DNA of 64,000 bases from Takakia lepidozioides (taxonomy: Eukaryota > Plantae > Bryophyta): positions 11,780,001 through 11,844,000 of the forward strand of contig CM060731.1 in the NCBI GenBank assembly GCA_030704615.1. The letters are read 5' to 3'. Under the pieces are notes generated by a model that saw only the letters and a program-made list of their open reading frames with translations, had not been told where the DNA came from and searched no databases. Positions 24,801-38,100 of the stretch are shown piece after piece (the stretch's first letter is position 1; the number at the start of each line of letters is the position of its first letter). The position numbers and the translations under genes are program-made.

Positions 24801-27800
24801 CTTCAAATGGTGTTGGTCACTACACCACAGCAGATACATTTTAAAACAACTTAGGCCTTCCAGCTGCATCTCTGCAACCTGCTCCACTCTGGGTGTGGCC
24901 AACAGGGTAGCTTCGCTCTCATCCAGTACTCCCCTCCAGTCATACTTCCCTGCACCCTCGAGGTCTTCTCGTAGCAGGTAATCTACTAGGGTAGCTTTTG
25001 TCTCATCCAGTCCTCCCCTCCAGTCATACTCCCTGACCCCTCGAGGTCTGGCCTGTTTCAGCACGGGCGTCCAAACAATAAGGAGTAAGCTTCCATGACT
25101 TAATGCATTTTCAATACAGTTACTGTGATCATAAAGATCATCTTTTGAATCTGTATCGTAACTCCTCTTATCAATCCCATGGCTGTACACTTCTTTGATC
25201 GGCCATTGTTACTGTAAATGGGGCTGGTTTCATGTTACTTAGACCAAGCTTCTGCCTTAATTGGCTGTCATGATATTCACTCCAGAGCCTCCATCGATCA
25301 GTACATCAGTTAGTTCGTGCTTACAATTCTCAATTGGATTACTGGCATAGAATCATCAAAGTCCTGACTGTGTAGGGCGAAGGGGAGGTGATGAGCGAAA
25401 CACGGAAGGGCATGCAAGAAATAGACAAAGCACGTAGGGTTTGGGGCTCAAGGATGCAAAAAAAAATGAAGTCGCGATTTTCATTAAGGAGAAGCGGATG
25501 AAATCGCCAATTTTTCATTCAAACATGGATTGAGTACCAGATGAATGACAGGTTGGTAAAGGGATGAAATGTGAGATCAAGTTATCATTGATGGGATGAA
25601 ATCGCGGAAATAAGGAGATGCAGCAGTAGTTAATTTAGGAACAGGGTGGCCATATTAAATATTAGCAAGTGGCATGCAGCTAAAAGAGTGGTGAGAACAA
25701 AACAGTGGGAATCGTATGGTTTAGAAGTTGATGGGCCTGTGGCACAGAGGGGGATAAGAACCGGTGGCCGCCATACTTGATGTCCAAAAGCGGGTAGGAT
25801 CTTAATATTGTGGACTTGCTATTGAATAATCAACGTGAAGGAGACGGCGGGATAAGGTGGAGTTAGGGATCAGCCCAAGTATAAGAGTAGTGGAGACTGG
25901 ATGGTGATCTCTCTCTTTTTGTTCTAGTTTTCAGCTCTGAAGTAAAGACTGCGTTGATTGTGATAAAGTATGGGGCATGTGAATCATGTGAGATTTGAAG
26001 TAGGAATGTAGCAACTAACGTTGAGGGAATGGTCATGTTTAGCTAGCATCATAAGGGGTGATAAGGATCATTGAGCTTAGGATCCAGCGTGCAAGTTGTA
26101 TCCACGTAGAATGAAGCTTGAGCGATTACATGCCGGGAAGATTAGAAGTAGAGGTTGATCACAGCTAGTAGAGGGCAGTCCGTCCACCAGATTGTCTGCA
26201 CACCCATGTAAGATCGACTTGTTAGCATGGAAGCAAAGCAGGATAGCACCTGAAGTATGAAGTAAGCAGCTCTGCAGTGTCATATGCGAGCGGTGCACGA
26301 TACCAAATACAAAGGCAGAAGAAGATGAAGAGGAGGATCAAAGGAAGGCGACCACCTACCTGGGACAATAGTTAAGAAAGATAGTTAGCATGCTACTTCA
26401 AAACAAGAAGTCAAATAATCCATTTAGACCAAGTTTACTCTTCCGCTGCAGTCTGGTATAGATAGAGTACTAATGGGTTGTACAGGTATGGATTTAGGAC
26501 TTTCTTTTTACTTACACCGTCTCTCGCCCTTCCGACTTCACATTATAACTGGTCACCTTGCTGTTCAGGTCTGTGTTTCCTGTCACATGGGCAATTCGAT
26601 TGATTGCTTGATACAGCCTGTGTCTACAATAAGGTGCCACAGCCAATAGCTGTCCAATGGTAATCTCTGCTTTGGTCTAGCATATTACTTCAGCCAAAGT
26701 CCCTTCATTACTCTGCATGTCTGCAGCTTCTTTCTTCCTTTCATCCTCACTCACTTCTTCTTCACCATCAGAATAAGAGGAATCTACCATAGGAATATCG
26801 GTACTCTTCTGCATTTCCCTTATGGTATCTGCCACTTCTTTGTGCAGTTCTTTCTCATCTCTCCAAGCTTCATCATCTTCAGGCACATCACTGCCATCTT
26901 CATTATCATCATCTTCCTCAACTACTGGAGGTATTAGTTTGGCTTTGCTTCTCATTACTATCATTGTACTTACTTCTGGTACAACACATGGCCTAACCAT
27001 GTGAGCTGCCACCACTGGGTCCTCATTCACATGAGCTCTCATCTCATTCTGGTGTCTAGTCCAGAATGAACAGGCTACCTTGCGATGTCCTGCCTGATTA
27101 CAATAGTAACACAGTTCTTCACCATTGGGTCCTCGCCCTTGGTCTGCTCTGGGATTAATTCTGTAATCCTGATTCCCTAGCTGGTAATTCCCCCTTGGAT
27201 TACCCTGATACTTGCCTCTGGAATTTCCTTGGTAATTCCCTCTTGAATTACCTCTCCCTTCCATGCCATTGTTATAACCACCAAGCCTACCATAGTGGTC
27301 TTGATCACTGTTTCTTCTTGGCTGGGGCTGCACTTGATGCACCCTTACTTGCCTAGGTTCTCTAGCTGCTGTCCTTCTGTTGTAGTAACAATTCTTAGTA
27401 GAATGGTTATCCATTTTACAGATAGTACAGTGTTTCTCCTTCATGTGGCATTCAGTGGTGGTATGGCCTTCATTCTGGCACTTTGCAAACACCCTTCCTC
27501 CAATGTGTTACAGCCTCTGTGGCATACTTCTTCAAGATTTCTTCTAATCTTTTCTCATAGTTATCCCTCTTCAACTTCTCCTTCCTCTTACTCTTCCTTT
27601 TCAGCTCTTGCTATTCCTCATCTGACTCATCCTCAGAGTCCTCATCATCCCTTTTCTCTCTCCTGAGCATTCCTAATTGCTCAATTCTGTTCGCTCTTTC
27701 AAATGCCTCATCCACTATATTATGGGGTAACATATCCACTTTCTTTTGCAACTCTGGTCTTAGTCCACTCACAAACCAAGTCTTCTGTAAACCTGGTGCT

Positions 27801-28995
27801 GGTACAGCAGCCAGTTTTTTCATCATCAATTCCATTTTTTCCATATACTCAACAGTTTCATGCTTCTTTTGCTTTAACTGTTGTAAACTTCCATACACTT
27901 CATCCTCAGTTTTACTTGTCCTGAACCTATTTCGGAATGTTGTATTCAAGCCATTCCAGGTTAGGAAATGATTATCAGGGAATCTTGCATACCATTCACT
28001 TGCTTTCTTGATAAGTGAACAAGGAAACAATCTCATCTTGGCATCCTCGCCATTCTCATTGTTCACTATACACATGTGCTCAAATTGGCTAATGTGTACA
28101 TCGGGATCCCTTTTTCCTGAATATATTGGAAAAAGTGGTTTTGCCCGTGTTGGTTATAATGCCATCTGTGGCCCTACCCTCTGCCCACTGACAGTTGTTG
28201 GCCCCCTTGCTGGTGCTGGTCCTTCAGGACCTGTTATAGTTGTGGTGGATCTTCCACCTAGTGGTGGCCCCTGAGCACTCCCTGCTACTGGCCCCACGAT
28301 ATTCACAGTATTCCCAGCTCCAGTTGCACTACTTCCCACACTCCCTGTCCCCCAGAGCCAGATCCAGGCTGCCCACCTGATCCCCCTGAGCCGACACCTT
28401 CGTTGGCCTGTGATCCAAGTGCTCCACTTGATCCAGGTCCAACAGGTTGGGATGTCCTGGTTGTAGTCTCAACCTCAGCTGTTGGGTCTACTATTTCATA
28501 CTCTTCCTCTTCCAACTTCTTCTCTCTGTTTTCATCCTCCAAGTTCTGCCCTTGGGTTTCTTCTTCACTCATGTAACTCAACTGTAATGGTGTTGGAGAG
28601 TCTAAACTCTCCGTTGGCTCTGCTACATCCTCTCCTCCTTCTTCATCTTCCATTTCAGAAACTGGAGTTCATGCTTTTGGTGTTCCATGCCAACTCTTAT
28701 CAAATATTTCTGTCAAATCTTTTATCCAGGGATGTACCTCAGATCTTTCACCTCGTGGTTGATCTTCTTCCCGTACCAATTCCCTTAATCTTTCTTGCAA
28801 AGAAAAAGAAGGAGTGGCATCCAACTCTAGTTCTTCCGGTATGGGTGATGTACTCCTTGATCTTAATGGTGTGAGAGGTCCAGATGATTCCCCTATGTCT
28901 ATACCTCTCTCCCAAAGATATGGATAATTAGCTTTCAGATAACTTTCTCTTTTTGCTGAATATCTCTGGAGTCTAGCTTCTCTTTCATCACTCAT
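21883..28995 (-). pseudogene. Gypsy-1 gag-pol, heavily frameshifted
   Basis: Gag (RLFPCSL..ASEWY), CCHC knuckles (CYYCNQAGHRKVAC), protease LIDGGSG (about 25290), RT (KDPFPLP, MPFGLCNAP), RNase H, integrase (ISDQGSHF, YYPQGN) and a GPY module (WKGPY). Confidence 0.9.
25371..26547. mobile_element. Probable solo LTR (1177 bp) inserted just upstream of the Gypsy-1 protease motif
   Basis: Begins TGTAG and ends TTATA (degenerate TACA), flanked by a 4-bp duplication actg. Removing it restores the frame KVTSQDFDDSMPV. Confidence 0.75.
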
Positions 28996-29016
28996 GTCCC
29001 ATGTCTTTCATTTCTT

Positions 29017-29511
29017 TTAATGTGGCAATAACCAAAACTCTCTTCTGTAATATCTCTCGTATATGCCTAGGTTTCTTTCAAGCTTCAATACACCCTTGGC
29101 TATACTAGAAGTCTCTGTTACCATATAACCATATGGCAAACAAGTCTGGAAAGCTGTTCTTGGTGTGAGTTTGATCCACAGAATATCCTTTGGAATCCAA
29201 TTCTTTACCAGTACAAGCTCTTCATGCATATGAGTATAAACATTCACCTTCCTTTCCTCCCAGCCTTCAAACTCTACTCGCTTAATGGATAGCAATGCTA
29301 TCACATAAACCAGTGTTGGTAACCAACGTGCTCTTCCTCTACAGGCCACTTGATAAATCTTTATCACTCCTTTCTCCAGACCCCACTCAGGGTCAGCATC
29401 ATGCACTCTTTTAATAATGTTTTCTTTACAACCATTTGGCAATTCCAAGAACCTCTGAAAGACTCGTTTGGACAATCTTTCCTTCTCAGTTTCACAGGGA
29501 ATTTGATTCAC
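29017..29511 (-). CDS. Small ORF upstream of gag in Gypsy-1, function unknown
   Basis: 164-codon ORF between the PBS-like site and gag. Confidence 0.35.
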   Translation of the reverse strand: MNQIPCETEKERLSKRVFQRFLELPNGCKENIIKRVHDADPEWGLEKGVIKIYQVACRGRARWLPTLVYVIALLSIKRVEFEGWEERKVNVYTHMHEELVLVKNWIPKDILWIKLTPRTAFQTCLPYGYMVTETSSIAKGVLKLERNLGIYERYYRREFWLLPH

Positions 29512-29605
29512 ATCAAATTCTTTAATTCTCCAACCACCATGATCCCACCGAGATGTCTGTCACATCTGGTTGTTCATGACCCAGTTTCCCAGTATGGTCA
29601 CCAAA

Positions 29606-30648
29606 TGTCGAACGGCTTTTACTCACCCATCCCTTCGCTATCCGAGGTGGAAACTCCAAGATAGAAGAGTTGGATATCTCTAAGCACTCAGCCCGCTCAG
29701 TACAATCAGTCATGACCTGCAGCTAGTGAATCATGGTTGTGCTTCCCATTTGTATTCCCTCTTGCCTTCATGTTATCAATTTACCTTATCTGATACTGAA
29801 GCATCAGATTGCTTCAGTATCTTCTTAGTTCCAGTTAATCATGCATTCATTTCACAGCTTCACTCATGTCTCTCTACACAGTGTGCTTGTATCGAATAAA
29901 TATCAGATTATGATTTATCAGGTACTAGGCCAATGTCAAGGTGACTCTAATCCGCCCTACAGTATCACTACAGCTCTCCTGAAATAAACCTCCATCAAGT
30001 CATCAACTCCTCTTCTGAGTAATCGTCATCCCTGTGCTCCAAGATCGTGCCATCCATCTGACCTTTTCCCTGATGTCTAAGAAGTGATCCCCAAGAAGTG
30101 ATTCCTTAGAAGTGATTCCCCAGAAGTCCCCGCTCTTCGCTTTATCTACCTACAAGCTGTTCTAACCGCCTTGCTAACTAACCGTCACCCCTGTACTGTG
30201 ACAACTGTGCAAAACTGCGTTGGCTGTGTGAAGCTGTGACGGGCTGTGACTGGTTGTGTCAAGCTGTGTCGGGCTGTGATTGGCTGTGATTGGCTGTGAC
30301 GGCTGTGTCGGGCTGTGACTGGCTGTGTCGGCTGTGTCGGGCTGTATCGGGCTGTGACTAGCTGTGTCGGGCTGTGGCGGCTGTGACTGGCTGTGTCGGG
30401 CTGTGACTGGCTGTGATTGGCTGTGACAAACTGTGACGAGCTGTGACGGCTGTGTCGGGCTGTGTTGGCTGTGGCGGCTGTGTCGGGCTGTGTTGGCTGT
30501 GACGACTGTGTCGGGCTGTGTAACCCCCCCCCCCCCTAAAGCCTGCTGCTGTCACCCCTAAGGCTCATGTTGGTCTCAGTCTGTGTAAAAATTAAGGGTA
30601 CCCCAGAGAACCTGTAAAAGCATTAAAGTCCCAAGCAGCCCTCTAACA
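29606..30648 (-). repeat. 5' LTR of Gypsy-1
   Basis: tgtcgaacgg...ctctaaca, with few substitutions against the other LTR outside the variable GGCTGTG tract. Confidence 0.95.
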
Positions 30649-32612
30649 TAACAGCACAATTGATAGAACAATGCCCATTGCTAATGAAGGTACCTTCTTC
30701 AACATATTTCACCTTGTTTCCCCCTGCTATCAGAGTCGTCCCTAAATTTTCATGTTGAATTCTACAAGTTAGCTCGTTGGTGGATCTAAGGTGGTGTTGG
30801 AGTGATTTTGACATGTTACTGCCAATGTGGTCGACAGGAAAGTATCGAAAAATAGATAATAGAGATGTGGAGAAGCTTTGGAATGAATACGGTTCCGACC
30901 CTTGTCAATGGTGGAACAATCCAGGCAAAAAGGTGAATGCATGTTGGAAGCAGACGCAAGTCAGCATAGGAACTAGTGTGATAAGTAGGGTTGGGGTGTT
31001 TGCTGGAACAATTCTAGAGTGTTATTCTCAGCTGCTAGCATCAAGGCAAGGATGTATGCATGATTTGTGCAGAGGCATGGATAGCTGAAGGAGCAAGGGA
31101 GCAGTGTGGGTCCAGATTCATGCAAGAGGGCCGGATTTCAAGCTCCAGATCGCCTACAATTCCCTGTGGAAGTAGCACACACCTCGCACACACAAGAGGT
31201 CATCTTGGGTGCATGGTCAGTCAAATCTTCTATGGGTCATGACACAAGTTTGAGGACAATGTGGTGAGGGCACCTTCTTCTTCGACCTATTTCAGCCTAT
31301 TTTTCCCTCTCATCAGACCCAGCCCTGAATTTGCATATTGAATGCTGTAAGTTAGCTCGTTGGGTGGATGTGGGGTGGTTTGGAGTGACTTTGACAAGTT
31401 ACTGCTGATGTGGCAGCAGGAAAGTACCCAAAAATAGATAACAAGATGAAGAGAAGCTTTGGGATGAACACTTTCCGACCCCAGTCAGTGGGGGGACAAT
31501 GGAGACAAAAAGGTGAGTGCTTGTTCAACTACAGAGAGAAGCAGTGGCAATTCAGAATTGGAACTACTGTTAAGTCCTAGGTTGGGGTGTTTTCTGGAAG
31601 AACTTCACGCCGTCACTGTCAGCTGCTAACAGCAAGGCTGAGGGATGTATTCATGATATGTACGCGGGCAAGGATAGCTGAGGGACCAGGGATAGAGGTC
31701 CAGATTCATGTTCAGGTTCAGGCTGAGGGATCAATAGCTAAAAGAAATCAGCTGGAGTAGATGGTCAATTGTTGCAAGTGGAAACAGTAGCGGCAACACA
31801 ATTGATAGAATGAGGTGCTGCTAATTAATGAAGGCACCTTCCTCAACACATTTCAGCCTGTTTTTCCAAATAGGGTTGGGGTGTAAGAACAAATCTAGGC
31901 TGTCATCATCAGTTGCTAGCAGCAAGACAATGATATATGCATGATTTGAGGCATAGATAGTTGAAGGAGTAGGGATAGAGTGTGGGTGTAGATTCACCCA
32001 AGAGGGCCGGGCTTCAAGCTCCAGATTGACTCTATAGCTACAACAAACCTGCATGGGTAGATGGTCAACTGGCAGCAGCGGCTCAATTTATAAAATCAGA
32101 CACTGCTAATGAAGACATCTTATTCAACACATTTCACCTTGTTTTTCCCTCTAATCAGAATCGGCCCTAAATTTCCATGTTGAATTCTGTAAGTTAGCTA
32201 GTTGAGTGAATCTAGTTTGGAGTGACTTTGACATGATACTGCCAATGTGACAACAGGAAAGTATCAAAAAACAAGTAACAGAGATGAGGAGAAGTTGTGG
32301 AATGAATACTATTCTGCCCCAGTCAATGATGGGACAACCAAGGCAAAAAGGTGAATACCTGTTACATTTCATAGACTAGCAGACGCATTCAACATAGGAA
32401 CTAGTGTGAGAAGCTGAGTTGGATGTTTCCTAGAATAAATCGAGGCTGTCACTGTCAGCTACTAGCAGCAAGGCAAGGATGAATGCATGATTTGTGCAGA
32501 GGCATGTGTAGCTGAAGGAGCAAAGAGAGTGTGGGTCCAGATTTCAAGCACAAGATTACCTATGATTCCCTGTGGATCAATAGCTACAAGAAACCTGCAT
32601 GGGTAGATGGTC
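30649..32612 (+). pseudogene. Tandem degenerate PDF-motif exon/intron units (continuation of the array split by Gypsy-1)
   Basis: EKLWNEYGSDPCQWWNNPGKK followed by a GT donor (about 30870-30932). Further copies lie near 31450 and 32290, and PDFK-type exons near 31125, 32000 and 32535. Confidence 0.75.
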
Positions 32613-33494
32613 TATTCCATGGGACTCAATCTGACACTGAGCCTTGCATTATGAGGATCACAATTGCTTGGCAGCTTACCTGCATGAGGCCTTGACCCTT
32701 AGGCAATCCCCAGAGCAGTAGTAGCTTTGGGCTGCTTTTTTACTTTGATTTTTTCATTTTGTATCATAAGCTCTTTGAGCTTTCCGCAGATGTAAGAAAG
32801 TACCATTTATTTCATTTCATTTCATTTTCATTTTGTTTTGTTTTGTTTCATGTCATGTCTTTCATTGTTTTCGCATTCCTAATGACATGATTAGTTCTCT
32901 TGTATGGCATTACATGCATATGTACTAGTCAGCTCATTACAAACACCAAAACTTGAAAGCATGAACCACTATGAGTCATTGTTCAAGTAATTTTGAGCAC
33001 TTCATTTAAAGTAGTAAAACAGTGGTAGCGCTGACTTCGGCAGTCGCAGTTGCCACTGGGCATGTAGCACTGCAAGTTATGTGGTCAACTACCACGTGGC
33101 GTCCCAGGCCCGTAGGCACGTGGCAGCAGTGCTGCTCGCCGTGGCGCCGCCACGTCGGCGTCCACATCGTCGTCCACGTCTACATCCATGTGTCACCGCT
33201 CTGGTGAGTCAGTCCACTCATCCGGAGGGAAAAATCAAAGTCAGCCCAAAAGGTCAGACACACGGGCGGCCCGCCTGGTTACGCCACATGGTTCTTCAGC
33301 ATTAATCGCAATAATCGCTGAGCAGTTGTTCGCGCGTCTGCGTCCGTTACCACTTCAATCATTGGATGTCCGACCCAACTTCCACGTCTGTTGTAACTAG
33401 TCGTTTGTAACTTCTAGTCGATCCCAATTTTTTGACTTTTATGACTCAAAATGAGTCATTACCCAAGTAGTAAATGACACGAATGCTTCTTGTG

Positions 33495-34404
33495 TCAAGT
33501 CCCACCTGCACAACCTCCTATGCCTAGGGAAGACCAGATTGGTATGGGCTTCATGTGTGGGGCCGCACTTGCTGGACCATTGCATGTGGACTCTGTAGCT
33601 GCTATCACTCGAGCAGCAACGCGTGCTCCTGAGCTGAGAGGAGCAGATGTGGATTTTGATCCACAAAGGGGGGAAGCAAGTCGACAGACAAGGCTTCCAC
33701 AATCTTTCACATTGGCTGAGTCATTGCCAACTACGCCATCGATGACACCCACTCGCCCAAGTGTGTCAGAGGTAGAGCCACGAGTGCCATTGGGGAGAGT
33801 TGGTGTGGCTCGGGATATGCCAGTGGGTGGTGCTGCAAAGCAAGGTGCAGCCAGTACATTGTTGGGGGCGGCTACGGCGGTTCGCCAAGCTCCATTGTTT
33901 TTTGCAATGACAGTTGCAATGCCGGGGATTCAGCCAGCTCCTGTGTTCAGATTAGCAGCTAGACTCTGTGAGAGTGGTGACGCATTAGCACTATCTGCGG
34001 GGATAGCGGATAATGTGCAGTGCATGGATGCCTTGGACTCAAGGGTGAAGACAACCACAGCTGCACCATGGCAAGCGGCAGCTGCAAGGTTGCAGGAACT
34101 GCCAGCTAGACCAGCCATTGAGCGTAGTATGGTGACTCCTGGGGTAGTCCGGGGGGACAATTAGGATGGTGTATTTCAGTTAGGTGGCCCAGCCGGGAGG
34201 AGGTATAGGCCACTGCGGGTCTTGTTGGACTCGGGTGCATAGCCATTGATGTTGGGAAGAGCAGCAATTGCAGGCTTGGGCCTTACAGAGGTGGATTTGG
34301 AGCCTTGCCCTTTCCAAATTCAAACATCTTTGGGCGGTTCAGAGAAGACATGAGGGATTACACGCCATGAGCTCTTAATTTGATTGCAGCCGGATCATCC
34401 TACG
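33495..34404 (+). pseudogene. Gag-like C-terminal region and N-half of the aspartyl protease (continues at 48886)
   Basis: RPLRVLLDSGA near 34210-34240. The frame QPDHPT|DGSVMRAKAIVTDAMSYDVFIGG is restored across the insertion. Several premature stops. Confidence 0.75.
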
Positions 34405-34659
34405 GAGGTTTGCTATTTCATGAGCATGAGCGGCATGAGCGGCATGAGCAGAGTAGTAACACAATCGGTTTTCATGAGCAGAAGTACAAATTTCGAAAAT
34501 AAAAAACAATAAAAAACAATAAAAAACAATAATTTAATGCAATGTGTCAGAAAAAACAAATATATTATTCGGCCCCTTGAAGGGAAAATTGCACTTTTGA
34601 CAGTTGTGCTCATGATATTTTGTCTTCCGCTCATGCCAATTCCTAGCGACATGTGCAAA

Positions 34660-35020
34660 TATGGCGCCGAATTTCGCGGTAATAGGGTCCGTAACCTGAA
34701 AAAACGGCGACGTATTTCGCGGCAATAGGTCTCTCTGGCGAAAAATGGTGCCGAATTCCGCGGCTATAGGTCCCCTCATGACAGGTAATTCGGCGCCATT
34801 TTTCCAGTGCATGTTCGGACTTAGCCAGTTTTCGGCCCAAAAAAGAGAAATTCGGCGCCATTTTTCCAGACACGGTACCAGTGCATGTTGGGACTTAGCC
34901 AGTTTTCGGCCCCAAAAAGAGAAATTCGGCGCCATTTTCCCAAACACAGGTACCAGTGCATGTTGGGACTTAGCGAGTTTTCGGCCCCAAAAAGAGAAAT
35001 TCGGCGCCATTTTTCCAGAA
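34660..35020. repeat. Subterminal repeats with AATTCGGCGCCATTTT and GGACTTAGCCAGTTTT motifs
   Basis: Units of roughly 65-70 bp are visible and also present at 60945-61270. Confidence 0.85.
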
Positions 35021-35174
35021 ATGGCCCCAGAACTGCTTCTGTTGGATCTCAGTTTGAATGGAATATTGCCTCATTCCAGGAGTTTTGGGGTGCATTTCAT
35101 TACACTGCAAAAAAAAAGTCTGATACAGCAAAATGCATTTGAAAATATCCATATGGAGGATTCCGTTTGCCCCA

Positions 35175-38100
35175 TCAATGATTTCTGGAATCCCTAAGAA
35201 GGAGTTTGTGCAGCTCGTTCACGCTCAACGCCGGTGCATGAATAAAGTCATCAATAGTCACGTTCATCCTCAACCTCTTCAGGTAAATGTAATACAGATG
35301 CTTGCACGGATAATACTTCGAACCCTTCTTTGCTTCCATCAACGAGAAGTCCGTACAGTTGCAAGTCGGCTCCACTCCAATCGTAATTGTGTATACATCG
35401 TCGCGTACAGCCGAGCCGGCCGTTGCCATCCGATACACACGCCCAAGGCCGGGTGGGGGTACGTCCACGGAGCTCTGAATAGTGCAAGCCATCCCAAGAG
35501 CATTGGCAATCCGAGTCTCATTCAACTTGTTGGGAGGGTGTCGTCTCTTCACTCTTCCGAATCGCATTGTGGGATGTGCAGAATTGTCCAATCCGTCTCT
35601 ACTGGACCGAGCAGTATGCAATGGCTGGGTCTGAGGAACCGGAAATGCGTGGGCCGGGATGTCTGTGCGTTGCACCATTCGAAATCCTGCTGCAGATAGA
35701 GCATCCGCCTCATTCTGAGAGAGGCTGCAACCCGGTGCAACAGGCCAGACGCCCGGAGGCTCCGGCATTCCCTGAATCCCGTACTTGGGCTTGCCAAATA
35801 CACAGGTCATTATGTCGTGCCTACAGAACCAAAATGTCTGCGTTGTGGCGTGAGCAAATGTGGGAGTCAAAAATCTGCCGCTGAAACAAGGTGCAGGTAC
35901 AGCACCGTGTGGGTTCCTCCGAATCATCTCACCACAGCGTGCTCTCGTATCCACCCGGATGGCGCAACACTTCCCTCGAAATGCCGGCAATGTCCTCGCA
36001 ATTCTCCACTGTGACTCCGACACTCTTGTCTCCACAATGGGAATGTTGTATTGCTTTACTACAGATGGCTCGTTATGTTGCCGGGGCACGCGCCCTGTGC
36101 TCAAAGGAGATGGCGATCTTGAACGTGCAGGACTTCCGGTGCTCGACGAGACCTCCTCGGACAACATCACCGGACCACGAGGGAGCGTGCGAATATTCTT
36201 GTCAGCTCGCCATGAATCCTCTTCTCCGCCAGGTGCCTCGTCAAGTCTTCGTCTCACTGGACGGGTATGAACATCTCCTTCCAAATGTTGGCCTCTTCGC
36301 AGCAATGGCGTGTCCCGAAGGCCCTCTCGCAAGGCCGCCGCCCACTTCCGAGGATTCTTCGATCTGGAGGCAGTCCGCATCAGCATTTCCTGCCTGTCCG
36401 GCCCCAAGCCCCACTGTTTCCCTTTCAAGAACTCGTTGTACCTGCATTGCTGCATAATTGACCTCACAATGTCCTCCGTTGTGGCAGTGAGGATGTCCAC
36501 CAGATGCGCCGCAGAGGAGGCACGCCAGGAAGAGTGCACTGATTCGGCCATGTTTGTCGTGGGCATGTCGGTGTCGGAGTCGAGACACATTTCCTGCACA
36601 AGCACATGTTGAGGTTACAAGCAAGTTACAAATATGGCCAAGAATAATATCCAACGGGACGCGAATTCGTGCAACTCACCTCCCGCATATAGTCGCCGAA
36701 CTGGAGGAAACGATAATGCCACCATGCTAGCCAACTGACCATTGCTCCTTCGTCTGATTTCCTTACAGCACCTGACGATGTCCACCAAGCCCGTATGCAT
36801 GCAAACTGTGTCTCTGCATCATCCAAGGTGGGAGCGCGCTTCCACGCAAGGCACATGGAACGGTGCTCCTCTCTGAAATCTGGCGCCACGAGCCTGGTTG
36901 TGTACTGCGAAAGGCTCTGCAGAAAGTGGAACCCACAAGATCTCTCCTTGCCTTCCATGGGAACATTGGGGTCTTGCCCGTACACCCTTCGGATGGCAGC
37001 CCAATTTGCTTGTGCGTTGTCCGCCATGAAACCACGGAAATTGGGAGGGGGCAATCCCGCCTTGGCCATCTGTTCGTTTATTCCCTGCCAAAGAAGCATC
37101 TCCGATTGTGTGTCCTCTCCTTTCATCTCACAAATAGCAATTGTCATTAGCATCCTGCAGTGGGTGTCGTAGACATGTGCACCCATTGTCACCCACTGGT
37201 GATTTGTAATTCGCTTGATATGGTCGAACATGACCCAACTGTTTGACAAGTTCCCACTCGTCATCCTGTCGACCAGTTCGACGCCACTGCCAGGTCCACA
37301 CGTGGACATTTTGAATACGAAACAACGATCTGCCTCAGTCCCTTGTCCTGGAAACCTACTTCCATGAATGTAGTCATATCCACATCGTCGCTTCACCTCC
37401 AGAATGGAGTGCATATCCGAGCCACGCCCAATTTTCTGTTTGCAAGAGACAATGTGGTTTCGGACATTCGGTGAACATACGTGGGACACCGACTCGAGCA
37501 ATGCCTCCATTTCCTTCTCGTCGAGAGGAACTCTATCCGAGCCGTCTTCCGACATAATTCTGGCCAATGCCATCTTATGGGCGGCTTGGAGCTGTATCTG
37601 TTTGGGTTTGGCACCCGGTCTCAACTTAACCTCCTCCTGAACGAGCTGCTCTGCTTCGTGGGCAGCCTCCCGCGAGTTCCCCCTCGCCAATTTGTGACAA
37701 TGGGAACCAACGTGTATGCAAGCTCGGGTGAGGTCAGGGAAACGGTGCAACACATAGAACTGCTTGGCATTACAAACAGACATGCAGTGTGGTGGTTCTT
37801 TGCAATGCGCACACTTAAATGTGGAGTTCGGAACCTTCTCCTGAGCTCGAAATGGTTGGTGAGCTGTGCCTGTCCAATCGGTCTCGTTCCTGTGACCTCT
37901 GGATTTAAAGTGGAAGCAAGTTGGGGAGAAACACCGCAACGCGCCCGCACAAACAACGTAGCGCACCCGCACACCATCAAGCATCTTCATGCTGGTGGTT
38001 TTGGTAACGCACCAAGGATGACCGTCATGTTTTCTATCCATATCTGTCAACATTCCGGACGCCCTCGAGTAGTCCGCCCGAGGAGGGAACTCAAAGAAGA

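Larger units (their letters stand above)
18030..30648 (-). mobile_element. Full-length Ty3/gypsy LTR retrotransposon (Gypsy-1)
   Basis: Near-identical TG...CA LTRs. A PBS-like TGGTGACCATACTGGG lies next to the right LTR on the minus strand, and a polypurine tract lies next to the left LTR (about 19045-19058). Domain order is gag-PR-RT-RH-INT on the minus strand. Confidence 0.95.
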
